From positions 1,860,001 to 1,924,000 of the forward strand of contig OX337242.1 in assembly GCA_946965045.2 (NCBI GenBank): a stretch of 64,000 nucleotides of DNA, given 5' to 3'. Below, piece after piece: positions 10,466 through 22,215 of this stretch. A model generated the notes under the pieces. The model was given only the letters and a program-made list of their open reading frames with translations. It was not told the origin of the DNA and searched no databases. This DNA comes from Epithemia pelagica. Its lineage: Eukaryota; Protista; Bacillariophyta. How positions within the stretch are numbered: the stretch's first letter is position 1; the number at the start of each line of letters is the position of its first letter. A program made the translations under genes and the position numbers.

Positions 10466-13400
10466 GTGACACTCTCTTACCTCTCACCTCTACCGTCCAT
10501 CCACCAATCCTTCAACAGTTCATTGTCTGTTGCAGCTTGCAACTTGCAACACATGGTGTCTGGCTTGATTGTGCCTCTTAATCATCTTCAAAGCCCAGCA
10601 TCCTTGTCCACCCTATCTGGATCTACCATCATGTCAACACAACCGACGATGGCAGAACAAGAGGAGACACCCCCGGCTCATCCCACACAAGCAGAGAACC
10701 CAGACCCTCCACCTGCACAGCAAGACGAGAACCCACCCGCTGCTTTAGCCCCCCAAGGGAACAACAATCAACAGAATAGGCAACACCCTACCCAAGCCCA
10801 ACGAACCGAAGCAATTCATCAAGAAATCAAGAAAGAGAAAGACTATGTCCCCTTCCTCAAAAGTCCACCGAGAGAGCATTTCAAGAATCTGAATACCTAC
10901 TGGGGAACAGTGAGACACTTGGACTTTTGCCAGTTAACAGAATTACAAGCAAGACTTGACACCAAAGAAGTTAGCAAAATGGAAGGTATTTCTCGATGCT
11001 TTGCTGTACTCAACCAAGCATCAAAAGAGGACCAAACAGCACCCAAAAAGTCATGGGGATCCATATGTAAGCGTCTTGTGGTGTGCCCGATTTGCTTTGA
11101 AGACCCAGAGAAGTCTTTTATCGCCTCTACCATCCTCTGTGGTGTCAGCAAGCAGAAGAAAAGTGGCTCCTCTTCGAATGTTAGCCAACATATGGATTCT
11201 TTTCACCCGCATGTGAAAGAAGAAATGGAACGAAAAAAAAAAATTGGACCGAAGTCCAATGTAGAAAGCAACCAACCACTTATGACATCCTACAAGGGTT
11301 CCATGATGTCAAAGGACGAGGCTAGAATCAAGTTTCAACAATCAATCTACCAGTTTGTCAACGACAACGGCTTACCCACTTCAACAGTGGAAAAGAAGTC
11401 CTTCCGAGCTATGCTGGAATTCGCCATTCTTAACGCCCAGAAGCTGTCGACAAAAGATTGTGTCATGAGCAACAAAGCCATCATACGCAAGCGACTTGAT
11501 TCCTACAACAATTTTCTCCAAACTGTTTCCTCCCTATGCCTGAATGTCCGGATGGCCTACAAGCTAATTTGTGGCAAAACAATTCCCTTCGCCACAATTT
11601 GTCATGACATATGGCAAGGCCATCGAAAAGACATCCTTGGATTGTGCCTAATGCTGATTGACCCCAGGAATTGCGTGTTTTACAAGATTCCCGTAGGTCT
11701 CTGCGAAACAGACGGCCACACAGCAGCCCAAGTGGCGACCCACACACTAAAAATCCTCACAACCGTTGGAATTACGCAGTCTGACCTCTCCTCTTCCGTA
11801 AACGACAATACAAATTCGGCAGTCCTTGCCGGAAAGTACATTGTGGGAAATCAGACTGGAGGAAAGTGCGATATGCATCGTGCGGAATTAATTCTTAAGC
11901 ACGCCACCGGCTTGGCTATACGACGAAGGGGGGGAAGGGTAATCGACCAGTTTCCCGGATTTGTGGACACATACAAGAAAGCCTTGAAGTTAGCTTCAAT
12001 CCTGATGACGAAGAGAAAGAAGAGATTCCAGGCATTGAGGGACTACGCAACAAAAAATCACCAAGTTGTAGTGGAGATCCGTATGCCGAACACAACCAGG
12101 GTTCTCGGATGCGCTCTCACATTCCATGATCTCCTACGTGATAAGTACGTCATGGATGACTACAATTCACAAGAGTTTTCTGTAGACAAAGACTTCCGCG
12201 AAAATTATCTGTCCAAGGAGGACTGGCAGGCCATAGCAGAATTCGAAGGAATTCTTTCTCCACTCAAGAAATGCGCCATGTCCTTACAAGCAGATGATCC
12301 TTCCTCTGCTGCAGGCTCTTTGCTGGAAATCTTTGGTTGCCATCATGGAATTAAATATCACAAAGACAACGGTGTCTCTGTTCTGCTTGTGAACCCCACA
12401 GAACTAGACACAGAGTTCCAACGTTGGGATGCCAGGTTAACCATAGAGAAACTCCGTTCCAAAAGGAAAAATATCAAGTTTGCAGATTTACTGCCCGCCT
12501 CACGGATGCTTATTAACCGGCTTCTACGTGAATTTCGCACCTACATGATGAATGGTGACAACGTCCATGCAGAGAATGCTATCTGCGGTCATCCGTTTCT
12601 CTGCTACATGGCACCGTACATCCTGAAAAAAATCAAGATCTACGACGACTACGACATCTCCAGAATCCAAAAACAATTTGTTGATGACATGGTAGCAAAG
12701 TTTTCTACTCCTGAAAGGTTGGCAATGAATGGACCAGCCCCAATGGCCGAGACAGCCAATGAGGAGGTTGTAGATATAGAAGACGACGACTCGGATGATG
12801 ACGATGTGTTCAATATTTTTCGGAATCATGGAGAGAATGAAGACAGCATGTGCGTGGAAAACAACAATCTTAACACGTTGGACGAGCAGAAGAAGAGCTT
12901 TAGAGAACAATGTAACAACGAATTCAAGGGGTTCAAGGATTACTGTCAGCGCATTATCCACAGTTCCTGGGAATCGTTGATTAGGGAGTATCCCACCGTT
13001 CTTTTTTCTGAAAAGTCACCAAAATGGACGCCTCAAGAAAAGAAAAAGTTCAGACGGGCATGTAATGATCAAGATTTCAACAGTGTGGGCAAGTATTTTG
13101 ATGTCTTACAGTGGTGGCAGGCGAAGAAGAGTAATTTCAGGATGATTTTCCCAAGTGCCCTCGTGTGGCTCTCGAAGCCTTCTACAAACGCTTTCCAAGA
13201 GAGGATATTTTCTTTCTCCTCATGGTTTGATAGCAATAGATTGATGAGGAACGAGGTCAAGAAACATTTCGAGATTCGCACCATGGAGATGGTAACAAGA
13301 AAGGTTCGTGGAGAGATTGAGGTTAATGAAATGACCCTGAAAAAGAAATCTCAACACACCACAGAGAACGAGGACGAAGCGCAAACCAGGGGTAAGGCCG

Positions 13401-14398
13401 AGGAGCAAGTTAGGAGTAATGCCACACAGCGCCAGATAAGTCAACAGGAGCAACTGCAGAACCAACAAAGAACAGCTTCAAGCCAAGAGATAGACGAGGC
13501 CCAGGCCGAAATAGAGGCGGAAGTAATCTCCGTGGTTGATGACGATGACGATGAAGACAACAATGGAACTGACTACGGCAGTGGCGAAGATAATGAAGAA
13601 CAAAATGAAGCTGTTGAGGAACATGAGCAGGGAACCGATGAAGTCTCGGTATGGGATTCCATTGCTGAAGGGACCACTCAAGGTCATATGAAACGTCTGA
13701 AAACCATTTTGAAGGGTGTAAAAGATATGCAGAAGCACCACAAGGCCCGGGAACAAATTGAACTTGATGAAGACGAAGGGAACGATGGGATTGTTGGTTC
13801 AGAATACGAATACAAATGCAGTGATTCTAATCTGGATTTGGTACAAAAATTCGATGACGTAGTGCTCATTGATATCGTGGACGAAGGGGACAAGGAACAA
13901 ATGGAATGCATGGGTCGTCTTGGCAAAGACAAGGACCCATTTCAGTCAGATAGTGATGCTTGCATCATTGAGGCGGTCAAACTACAACAAATGAACTTGA
14001 TGGCTGGTTCTAGTATTTCTGCATCTTCAAATCGAACAATGAATCCCACTACATCGACGACAGATCAAGGCAACAGTACCAGTGGAAGTGTTCAAGGAAG
14101 TGTGACAGGAATCGTTTCGACGACAACTCCTGCTACACACAGTACCACACCAACAACCCAACGATCCACCACCTTATCAAAAAGGAAGGCAACAACTCAA
14201 ACGAGTGCATCTTCCAAAAGAGTGCGCCAACAATCCATTCAAGAATCGGCATCTCGAACAAAGTCCAAGTCCAAATCGTCGAGAGCAAAGAAACCACCTC
14301 CTGCAGAACACATCGGAGAGCAGCAAGAAGAACAACGACAACAACAACGAAGGACAAGTCCGCGACGCCGCACCAATAACAGTAATGAAGACCACTGA
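10466..14398 (+). CDS. hAT transposase with BED zinc finger and long acidic/low-complexity C-terminal tail
   Basis: BED finger VCPIC...HMDSFH; CHDIW (D1), VNDNT (D2), CDMH (CxxH), NTTRV, AFQERIFS (E). The true ATG is probably downstream of the ORF-track start. Confidence 0.9.
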   Translation: MTLSYLSPLPSIHQSFNSSLSVAACNLQHMVSGLIVPLNHLQSPASLSTLSGSTIMSTQPTMAEQEETPPAHPTQAENPDPPPAQQDENPPAALAPQGNNNQQNRQHPTQAQRTEAIHQEIKKEKDYVPFLKSPPREHFKNLNTYWGTVRHLDFCQLTELQARLDTKEVSKMEGISRCFAVLNQASKEDQTAPKKSWGSICKRLVVCPICFEDPEKSFIASTILCGVSKQKKSGSSSNVSQHMDSFHPHVKEEMERKKKIGPKSNVESNQPLMTSYKGSMMSKDEARIKFQQSIYQFVNDNGLPTSTVEKKSFRAMLEFAILNAQKLSTKDCVMSNKAIIRKRLDSYNNFLQTVSSLCLNVRMAYKLICGKTIPFATICHDIWQGHRKDILGLCLMLIDPRNCVFYKIPVGLCETDGHTAAQVATHTLKILTTVGITQSDLSSSVNDNTNSAVLAGKYIVGNQTGGKCDMHRAELILKHATGLAIRRRGGRVIDQFPGFVDTYKKALKLASILMTKRKKRFQALRDYATKNHQVVVEIRMPNTTRVLGCALTFHDLLRDKYVMDDYNSQEFSVDKDFRENYLSKEDWQAIAEFEGILSPLKKCAMSLQADDPSSAAGSLLEIFGCHHGIKYHKDNGVSVLLVNPTELDTEFQRWDARLTIEKLRSKRKNIKFADLLPASRMLINRLLREFRTYMMNGDNVHAENAICGHPFLCYMAPYILKKIKIYDDYDISRIQKQFVDDMVAKFSTPERLAMNGPAPMAETANEEVVDIEDDDSDDDDVFNIFRNHGENEDSMCVENNNLNTLDEQKKSFREQCNNEFKGFKDYCQRIIHSSWESLIREYPTVLFSEKSPKWTPQEKKKFRRACNDQDFNSVGKYFDVLQWWQAKKSNFRMIFPSALVWLSKPSTNAFQERIFSFSSWFDSNRLMRNEVKKHFEIRTMEMVTRKVRGEIEVNEMTLKKKSQHTTENEDEAQTRGKAEEQVRSNATQRQISQQEQLQNQQRTASSQEIDEAQAEIEAEVISVVDDDDDEDNNGTDYGSGEDNEEQNEAVEEHEQGTDEVSVWDSIAEGTTQGHMKRLKTILKGVKDMQKHHKAREQIELDEDEGNDGIVGSEYEYKCSDSNLDLVQKFDDVVLIDIVDEGDKEQMECMGRLGKDKDPFQSDSDACIIEAVKLQQMNLMAGSSISASSNRTMNPTTSTTDQGNSTSGSVQGSVTGIVSTTTPATHSTTPTTQRSTTLSKRKATTQTSASSKRVRQQSIQESASRTKSKSKSSRAKKPPPAEHIGEQQEEQRQQQRRTSPRRRTNNSNEDH

Positions 14399-14541
14399 TA
14401 AATACAGAACATGACGGAACAGAAAACAAAAAAGACTACATACGACTACATACGAGAACGACTACATACAAGATACATGCGAGAACCAAAAAGAAAAAGA
14501 ACAAACAAGGAAAAACAGATAGTAACTAATAAGAAATTGAC

Positions 14542-16446
14542 TCATGAGGAACTGCAATAGGACCGATACAAATGAAGGAAATTGTTGTGTAGGTTGTAGA
14601 TCTCTTTGCTGTCTAAGAGTTTCTTCTTATGGTCTTTGTCAAGACGACGGACTGTGAAATCCATCTGGATTTCTGAACATTGGTGACGTGTCTTTGGGTC
14701 TTGTATTAGTTGCCCGAGCGCTCCAAACATTGGGTTGACCCATTCCCAGTACTCCTTTGGAATCCAAGACTCCAACAAAGCCGAGCACATGTCTGGGTCG
14801 TTGCATGATTTGGGGATCCATCCCAGGGCTCGAGAGCAGCGATGTACATGCACATCAGTTGGAATTCCGTCAATTCTTTGAAATGCAAATGCCAAGACAA
14901 TTGTGGCAGTCTTGTACCCAACCCCATGCAGACACATTAGTTCTTGCACCGTTATGGTTTCTGGTATAATTCCAGAATGCCGTTGGATGAAGTAGTCTGC
15001 TGCGTTGACGATAGCCTCAGCATTCTTATAATATAGACCAGTCTCTGCCAATAGGGAACATACAGCGTTCATCCCATAGTTGAGTGCAATGTCACTGGTT
15101 GCCCGACTAGAGACAAACCCACATTGGAACAAAGTGGGTACCACTTTAGCTAATTGTTTGTCGCTTGTGTTGGAACTCATAAGAATCACAACCAAGCACA
15201 TGAAGGCTCGGTCGGATTCTGGTGAGAGATGGTCGTTAATCCAGTCTTCCCAACTGTCTCTTGGAGCTTCCAGACCTTTGGAAAGGAAATGTTCATGAAG
15301 CTTTTTCAAATACTGCAAGTCGACAACCCTCTTTCTCAAAGTCTGTTCAGATATTGTGGGGGGGCAACTTTTTGTTTTGTTGTACAAGGAGAGATCATTG
15401 GGTTTCAAACGAACAGGTTGACCAGGCATGTGTCGAATATTGTTCTTATCTTTGTAGCAGATTTGTCGCCTTGCTCTGGATGCTTTAATGAGGAGGTTGG
15501 CGGCGGTGGCATATTGTTTGCGAGTCATAATCTGAGAATATGGTGGGTTGCTGTGTTTGGCAACAGAAGATCGCTTTGTCGGAGTGTCAGGTTTTGGCTT
15601 TGCAACAGCGATTTCTTGTGATGATGAGTTGTGTTTTGCATTGACTGGAGATGGTTTTGTCGATTGAGATGGTGATGTGGGTGGAGATGGTCCATCAATG
15701 GGGAAGGAATTAGCAGGTTCAATCGAATCTGGAGGAGTAGTTACTGGAGTAGACAGAATGGTTGGATCTCCTTGGGATATAATCTTGTTGGATATTTGGG
15801 ACAACATTGATGTAGCAATGCATTGTAAGAGAGGATCGATAGAGACTGGGTGAATTGTTCTGTTGTGTGATGTAGAAACAGAAATGAGTGCATCACGATG
15901 TATCATCCACTCCAGAGTATAGTCTTCCATCGATTGAACATTGAGGTCTTCTTGAGTATCAATTTGCCCATTCAATAATACATATTCAATTGCTTCTTTG
16001 TATCCAATGTCTTCGGTGTTGACTTCGTATATAGGTTGACAGCTGCAGTGGAGGTGCAATACTGGGAAATCATCTTTAGGCCGGCTCATTTTGAACTTGG
16101 GGTTGCTCAACAGGAAGTTGGTGGGAATTTCTTGCGAGGGATATAAACCATGGTGAACCAGTAATGAGATAAGGTAGATGGATTGGTCCATAGAAAGAGA
16201 TGGCTTGATCTGACATGGATGGCTTGTCAGAATATCAAGAGAGCACGAAGTGTAGCGAATTGAAGCATCTTCTCGAATGAGCCAAACAAGAATGGTGTCT
16301 TGTATTGCTTCCATTCTCAAATCAAAAGACATGGTTGACAAGTCTGGGAGTTCTTCTCGAATGAATTTGAAAAATGAGTGTGGAGCTTGAGAGAGAGAGA
16401 AACAACAGGAGAGCATATGCTTGACAAAGATATTGTTGGGCGACAA
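14542..16446 (-). CDS. Endonuclease III (Nth)-like HhH-GPD DNA glycosylase/AP lyase with long N-terminal extension; hAT cargo
   Basis: VVILMSSNTSDKQL, HhH motif LMCLHGVGYKTATIVL (catalytic-position K), IPTDVHVHR (catalytic-position D, 19 aa after K), LESWIPKEYW. No C-terminal CX6CX2CX5C Fe-S motif. 5' end of the gene model is uncertain. Confidence 0.85.
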   Translation of the reverse strand: MSPNNIFVKHMLSCCFSLSQAPHSFFKFIREELPDLSTMSFDLRMEAIQDTILVWLIREDASIRYTSCSLDILTSHPCQIKPSLSMDQSIYLISLLVHHGLYPSQEIPTNFLLSNPKFKMSRPKDDFPVLHLHCSCQPIYEVNTEDIGYKEAIEYVLLNGQIDTQEDLNVQSMEDYTLEWMIHRDALISVSTSHNRTIHPVSIDPLLQCIATSMLSQISNKIISQGDPTILSTPVTTPPDSIEPANSFPIDGPSPPTSPSQSTKPSPVNAKHNSSSQEIAVAKPKPDTPTKRSSVAKHSNPPYSQIMTRKQYATAANLLIKASRARRQICYKDKNNIRHMPGQPVRLKPNDLSLYNKTKSCPPTISEQTLRKRVVDLQYLKKLHEHFLSKGLEAPRDSWEDWINDHLSPESDRAFMCLVVILMSSNTSDKQLAKVVPTLFQCGFVSSRATSDIALNYGMNAVCSLLAETGLYYKNAEAIVNAADYFIQRHSGIIPETITVQELMCLHGVGYKTATIVLAFAFQRIDGIPTDVHVHRCSRALGWIPKSCNDPDMCSALLESWIPKEYWEWVNPMFGALGQLIQDPKTRHQCSEIQMDFTVRRLDKDHKKKLLDSKEIYNLHNNFLHLYRSYCSSS

Positions 16447-16781
16447 CTACTTGGGTATTGTTGGGAGCTCATTGAGACAATAGGTACGATAAAATGTGAC
16501 GACTGAGAGTATACGATGTACAATGGTGTAAGATGGAAGACATCAGGAATATGGACAAGTTCCACAAAGGAGTGTGTTGCTGTTTGTCGATACTGAAACA
16601 TACAGGCGTACCTAACATCTTCTTAGTTGTATGTTGTACGACTATAATGGTGGAGAAAGGATAAGGAGTACAGTGTGTGACTGTGAGTCATAATTCAGAG
16701 AATGAATGGAATTGGTGAATGTGTAATTCATTTATTCTGAATGGTGGTGTGAATTGAGAATGATTCATTCAATTCAAATTC

Positions 16782-16841
16782 GTTCGAAAAGGGAATTGGG
16801 ATTGGAATTTAATTCCAATTGGTTCGAAAAGGGAATTGGGA
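16782..16841. repeat. Right subterminal 20-bp direct repeat GTTCGAAAAGGGAATTGGGA x2
   Basis: Identical copies at 16782-16801 and 16822-16841, within a GAATTG-rich block. Confidence 0.85.
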
Positions 16842-17459
16842 ATTGAATTCAATTCAAAGGGTATGAAATAGGGGAATAGTAAAGTTAAGTGAATTTATTG
16901 ATTGTAAACATAATTGACTTTGGTAATTAAGTTCATTTACTATCCGTAAATTAGTACACTTTCATGATTAATTCAATTGTGTATATGTCGTGAAGTGAAT
17001 CGTTAATTCTTAATTTAATTCTAAACTGATTGGAAAAGTGAATAATCAATCTACATTCAAGTTTAGATGGCACATAAAATGACTTCCAGACCCTGCATGG
17101 GATACTTCCCATTCCCCCATCCCCCAAAATTTGAATGTCCGAGAAGACTTTGGGATTGGGGGGAATGCGAAGTGCCCTGTCATCGCTTCTCACATTTTTG
17201 CGTTCAACAAAAGATCGCCACCACAAAAACAGAAGAGAACACAAGAAGAGCCATCGAATACAGAGACGAGAGATTCGGCAGCAGTGGATGCATGTCGTTC
17301 TTTTAACTCATTGAGTGTTGGAGCTGTTGCACACTCGCTAAGCGAGTCGTTTCAGACCGCATCGAATCATTGTCTCCATCATCTTTGGTTCATTATATTC
17401 GCGTGTGACCGATAACCATCACCCACCACTACGAAGCGAAACCCAGACGAAGAAGCATC

Positions 17460-20400
17460 ATGCAGCAGTCCTTGTTTCCATCCAATCAAAGGGCTTCGCC
17501 GTCCGGTGATCCTCCAACTAGCAGGGATTCTGGTGGTACTGGTGATCCTCACAAGCGCACCACCAAGAACACCACACTCAAGCCACGTCGCCTACCAGCT
17601 TCATCATCCTCGTCCACGAAACCGATCAAGAAGAAACCACCACCAGCGCTGTCTGCTTCGGCCAACCACCAACGTCGTCCTCTAACGAGCACAACTCGAG
17701 GAGGGGCGTCGTCGTCGTCATCATCAACTTTACGACCTTCCACTCATCGATTGCCTCCGAAACCGTCACCCTTTGGTAGCCATCGCAATTCAAAGACGAG
17801 TGGTATCAAACCATAGTCCAAACCAACCCTTCCACCCATGCCTCATGATTGGGCCCAGGCCTTGGTTCAGGAACGACTGGCTGCCATGCAACAAGACCAA
17901 CCAGTACCAAACAACAACAGAAACGACAAGGAGAAAGACACGGATGGGGTCCATGTGGAGGACTCCCCTGGTACTACTACTGATCCTTCCGAAACCACAG
18001 CTAATACAGCGACTTCCGTACCACCGGCCACTGCCTTGACCCGTCATTACGAGCAAAGAAACGAGTATTTGCAAACGACCTTGCCCCGTCGCAAATGGAA
18101 GGCCTGGCATACCTTTGTCTCGGTACGACATTGTTGGCCCTATCCACCGCATCATGTTGGATACGTTGATGTCGCGGTCGTGGATTTGTACGATGGGGGA
18201 GAACCGAGTTTTCCCGCCTGTTGGAAACACTTTCGACAGGACATGGTCCAACACTTTGGTCAACACAAACCGGTACAGGGGTGGACCTTGTATACGGCCC
18301 TTTGTGCCTTGATTCACTTGAGACACACCACGATACCGGCCCTTTGGCATGAATTTGGCACGAATGGTGACGCACAATTATCGAATCATGGATCAATAGG
18401 GAGACATTTTGCGACTCTTTCGATCTCATCAAATTGATGTTACCGACTTTGATTCCTTTGTGTTTGGAGAGTCATCGGAGGACGAATCAAGGACCACAAA
18501 CACGAATAGTACACGAAATAATAATCACGTGATAGAGGTCCAAGGAGAAGAACCACAAGAGGAGGAGGAGGAAGAAGAAGAAGAAGAAGAGCAGGAAGGC
18601 GAAACGTTTGAAGAAGAGCCAAGCGATGCACAAGTTGTGGAAACTGTGCCAGAAAATGAGCCAACGTTGCTCGTTGACCCAAACGGGGATGCTCCGATCG
18701 CTCCAACACTGGGTGTTTCTACGAAAGAAGAAGAACAAGATGAGGGTGGTTCCACGTCTCGTACGGCTTCAACGAATCCTACTGTGCCGCCGCCTCCTCC
18801 TGTCTTGTTTGAACAAGCCTTGGCACTGGCGCAAGCCTTGCATTACTACATTGATTTGGGATTTCATCGAGTCCCCCAACCCGTGTCTGTTTCGGGTCGG
18901 GTATCCACGGTATGGAACCAACCACAACCGGAAGAGGACTACCAAACAATTCGTCGACACGAACAAATTCAACAATTGCTGCGACAATATCCAAAACTTC
19001 GAGATCCCTTGTTGGTATCGCGTCAAGATGGTACGTGCTGTGGTGGTATTCTAACAAATGTATATATGTGTGTACCTTGAATCCCTGTCGTGTCTAACTC
19101 CAAACTGGTTTTCCTCCCACCGTGTGCGTTTCTGGTGGTGCTTTGGTGACCGCAGTGCTTCGTCACTCCATGACTGCTTCGTTCCGAACCGACCGCAACA
19201 ACCCACGAGCAAATCCTGTATCAGTAGACTCCTCTACGTTACACGAACGACGACGAGCACCGCCACGAATCCCAGGCCTTCTTGTTCCGGCGATAGTCCG
19301 TCGAAGTACCAGCGAAGCCGAATATGGCTATTCTCCCACCGAACCACAACCCTGGGAAAGTTACCTCATTAATCCTCATCGGGTTGGATTGGGCGTTTCC
19401 AATGCCATGAGTCAATTGTGCTACGATCGGACGCAAAAGGCCTGGCGGTACGATTATGGAGAATGGGTGGAAATTCGCAGTACGTACGACATTCGTAATT
19501 GTTTGGTTATGCGGATGTGATGGAGCATGATGTGCCTCGGGAACACCTTTGTTCTTGTTTTTTCCTCATACACAATGGCGTTTGTTGTTTGCTTGGCTTT
19601 CTCTTCTTCACGCAGATAACAAAATGAAATGGCGTTTGACCCAAGTGACGGAACGGCTGATCCAGATATCCGTGAGTTTACTGTGTCATGAATGAATCAT
19701 GGAGTGCTTTCTTGTGAAAGACACTTGATGTGCTAACCATGTCTGTTTGTGTCTTTGGTTGTCCGTCTTTCTTCTGTGCCTGTATCCATGAAATGCCGTA
19801 GAACGACAAGGTGATTCGAACCTACAATACTCACAGTGATTGGGACCATATCTATGACAATGATCCGGACAAGGTGATTTATTATCGTCCTGGAAAGGAA
19901 AAGAAAGGAGGACTCAATGATGAGGATAGTACCGAAAATATTCCCTGTGTGGGCGTTGATCAAACTTCCATTCGACTACCCCAGGAAGCCTTGGTTCGTA
20001 TTTTTGGGATTGGTCCATGGATTTGGCAGCGATGGGCTTGTTTGCAGTTAGAACTGGTCTTACGGTTCTGCCAAGACGGACAAGAACAACATCGCAATGA
20101 TTTTGCCAATCTCGAGATTTGCAATTACGCATTGGAACTCTGGACGGCGTGGTTGTATCACAAGAAGAATACTGCCTTTCGTGAACTTTATGAAACGGTG
20201 GGCCCGTCGGGTCAAGAAGAGCTGTTGCGGCATGTCATGGATCCGTTTACGGTGATGCATTCGGTGATTCACGATGAGGAACGTTGGGATTTCCAGGCCA
20301 ACGAGGACAGTGTATCTGTCTTTTTGTACACGGCCATGCTGGGTGCCGGATTTTTGGATGCCCTGGTGGTCATTTTTTTGCAGGTACGTGCAGCCTCATT

Positions 20401-22215
20401 GGATGGGATTGTCATGTTTGTAAATTGACCAGCGATTTTCTCATATCGATCGTGGAACAAACATAGATTACAATGCCGTTGATGCTGTACTTTCTCATGG
20501 CAGATGCAGGACAACGCCGCAATGCAGCGGAGAGTCCCGACGATCGACCACAAGGAACCCGCTTAATGTTGGCCTTGGCTTTATTCTACTATGCGTACAA
20601 GATCTCAAAAGACTTGCGTGTCATTTTCATGCATGTCATGGATTCGGATTCGTCACTGCATTCCCGCCTCCTTGCAATTTGTCGCATTGCTTGGGAAACT
20701 GGATTTCAAACCAAGCCTACATCAGTGGGATACATGCTCGAAATCTTGTTGAACTCTGGCTACGTCGTCGCTCTGTATCTTCTCAATGTGGTACGTTCAT
20801 TTACATGTACAACATCTCGACGAAAAGGTTCCTTTCTAGTGCAACTCACCTGTTGTATAGCAGTGAGGATGCTTTTGAGATTCTCGGTAATGTCGTCTTG
20901 TTTGAGTTTGTATCCTCGTTGGACGAAAGTGTGGCAAGTTCCGCATGGTGGGATACTGACCGCCGGTATTTGAAAGCTGGTACGGTCGAAATGCTCTTGT
21001 CGCTGTACATTCATGGATGGGAAAATCATAGTATTGATACCTTTGTCAATCACTATGCTGATTATGTGGGAAACGATCGCATTGGAAAAGAGTACTTGGC
21101 AAATATCAAGAAAAAGCTCGAGACAATTGCGAATCCCAATCGGTACCGCAAATTCTTGTGTATGAGCCCGTCCCAGTCTGACAGTCCTTCAGACTTGGAC
21201 GAGGAACTGCTACCCTTGTCGCAACGAATTCGGTTTGATTTGGACGAATGCATGGGACCCGATCCACCGGCGAAGCAAACGCAATTTGGACCGTCATGTT
21301 TGCCATTCATGACCAATCCTCGGACGCCCTTGTTTCAAAAACACACGGCCTTGCGGTCGTGGAAGATATGGAATCGTGTCTTGTTTGTCGCTCCGCCCTT
21401 GAACCAACGTCCAATGACCGGCTTTTCCTGTCCCTTTACCAACGTGGATCATCCGGATAGGCAAGAAGAAACTGCAGGCCTGTCGACAGCTCAGATGCCC
21501 TCACCCAATCAGGGGGAGAAAGGAAATAATCAAGAAGTCATGTCCAGCCAACAACAGACACAGAACAAACAGAATGACAAGAACGTTACATTGGACCAGG
21601 CCGAACTTGCCGAGAGCACCGCCGCCTACAAATCGTCTCAACAACCACAAGACGAACCACGTTCCTTGGCCTTTCCTTGGGTTCCTGGTGGCAAGGGACC
21701 CATTGTCCCACGTTCCTTTCAATCCCCAGGAACGCTGACACTGAATAATTTTGCCTATCCGTCTTCCAGTGAAACCAGTCCCCGATACGTGGAGTATCGC
21801 AGTACCAAGGCTCGTCCTTGGTCGCGACAACAACGTCACTTTGATACCGTTGGGAAATGGAGGGACCGAATCCGTCGTTTACTCGAACGATCCGATTCTC
21901 GGTACGTTTTGTTTTGTTTATCAAGAGTTTGTGTTGTGATCTTGAGAAACAGAGTCATGTTCATGCACCTTTTCATACACTCGCTGTCCCTCTCTCACAC
22001 CAACACATGTTTCGTGGTTTGTACTAATGCCTAGACACGATTATTGGAAACGTGGACGTGTGGTATTTTTGGTCATTACTGTGGCCTCGTGGATTTTCTT
22101 TTACTTGTTTGTTCCGGCTGTCATATTTTTCATGGTGGCTTCCTTTACACCCTTTTATTGCATGGTGAATGCCGAATTTCAAGACAAGGTTGGAGAGGAT
22201 TGTTGGGGCTTTTGA
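17460..22215 (+). CDS. Multi-exon hypothetical membrane protein with an in-frame TAG near its 5' end
   Basis: ORFs 17460-17816 and 17838-18437 are the same frame, split by TAG 17814-16. Plausible GT-AG introns (e.g. 18273-18399, after 19030, ~19496-19616, ~19673-19801, ~20383-20463, 21903-22034) chain ORFs 18409, 19122, 19811, 20473, 20679 and 22027. TM segments lie in the 3' half. One junction near 20790-20850 is unresolved. Confidence 0.55.

Larger units (their letters stand above)
10020..17095 (+). mobile_element. Complete autonomous hAT-superfamily DNA transposon (7076 bp) with a cargo gene
   Basis: TIRs CAGGGTCTGGAATTC (10020-10034) and GACTTCCAGACCCTG (17081-17095), 15 bp with 1 mismatch. 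Perfect 8-bp TSD CATGGGAT at 10012-10019 and 17096-17103. Confidence 0.95.

Noticed and set aside
14434-14469. GACTACATAC x3 between the convergent transposase and glycosylase stops
   Set aside because: Probably slippage in a shared 3' region; no spacer structure or supportable function.
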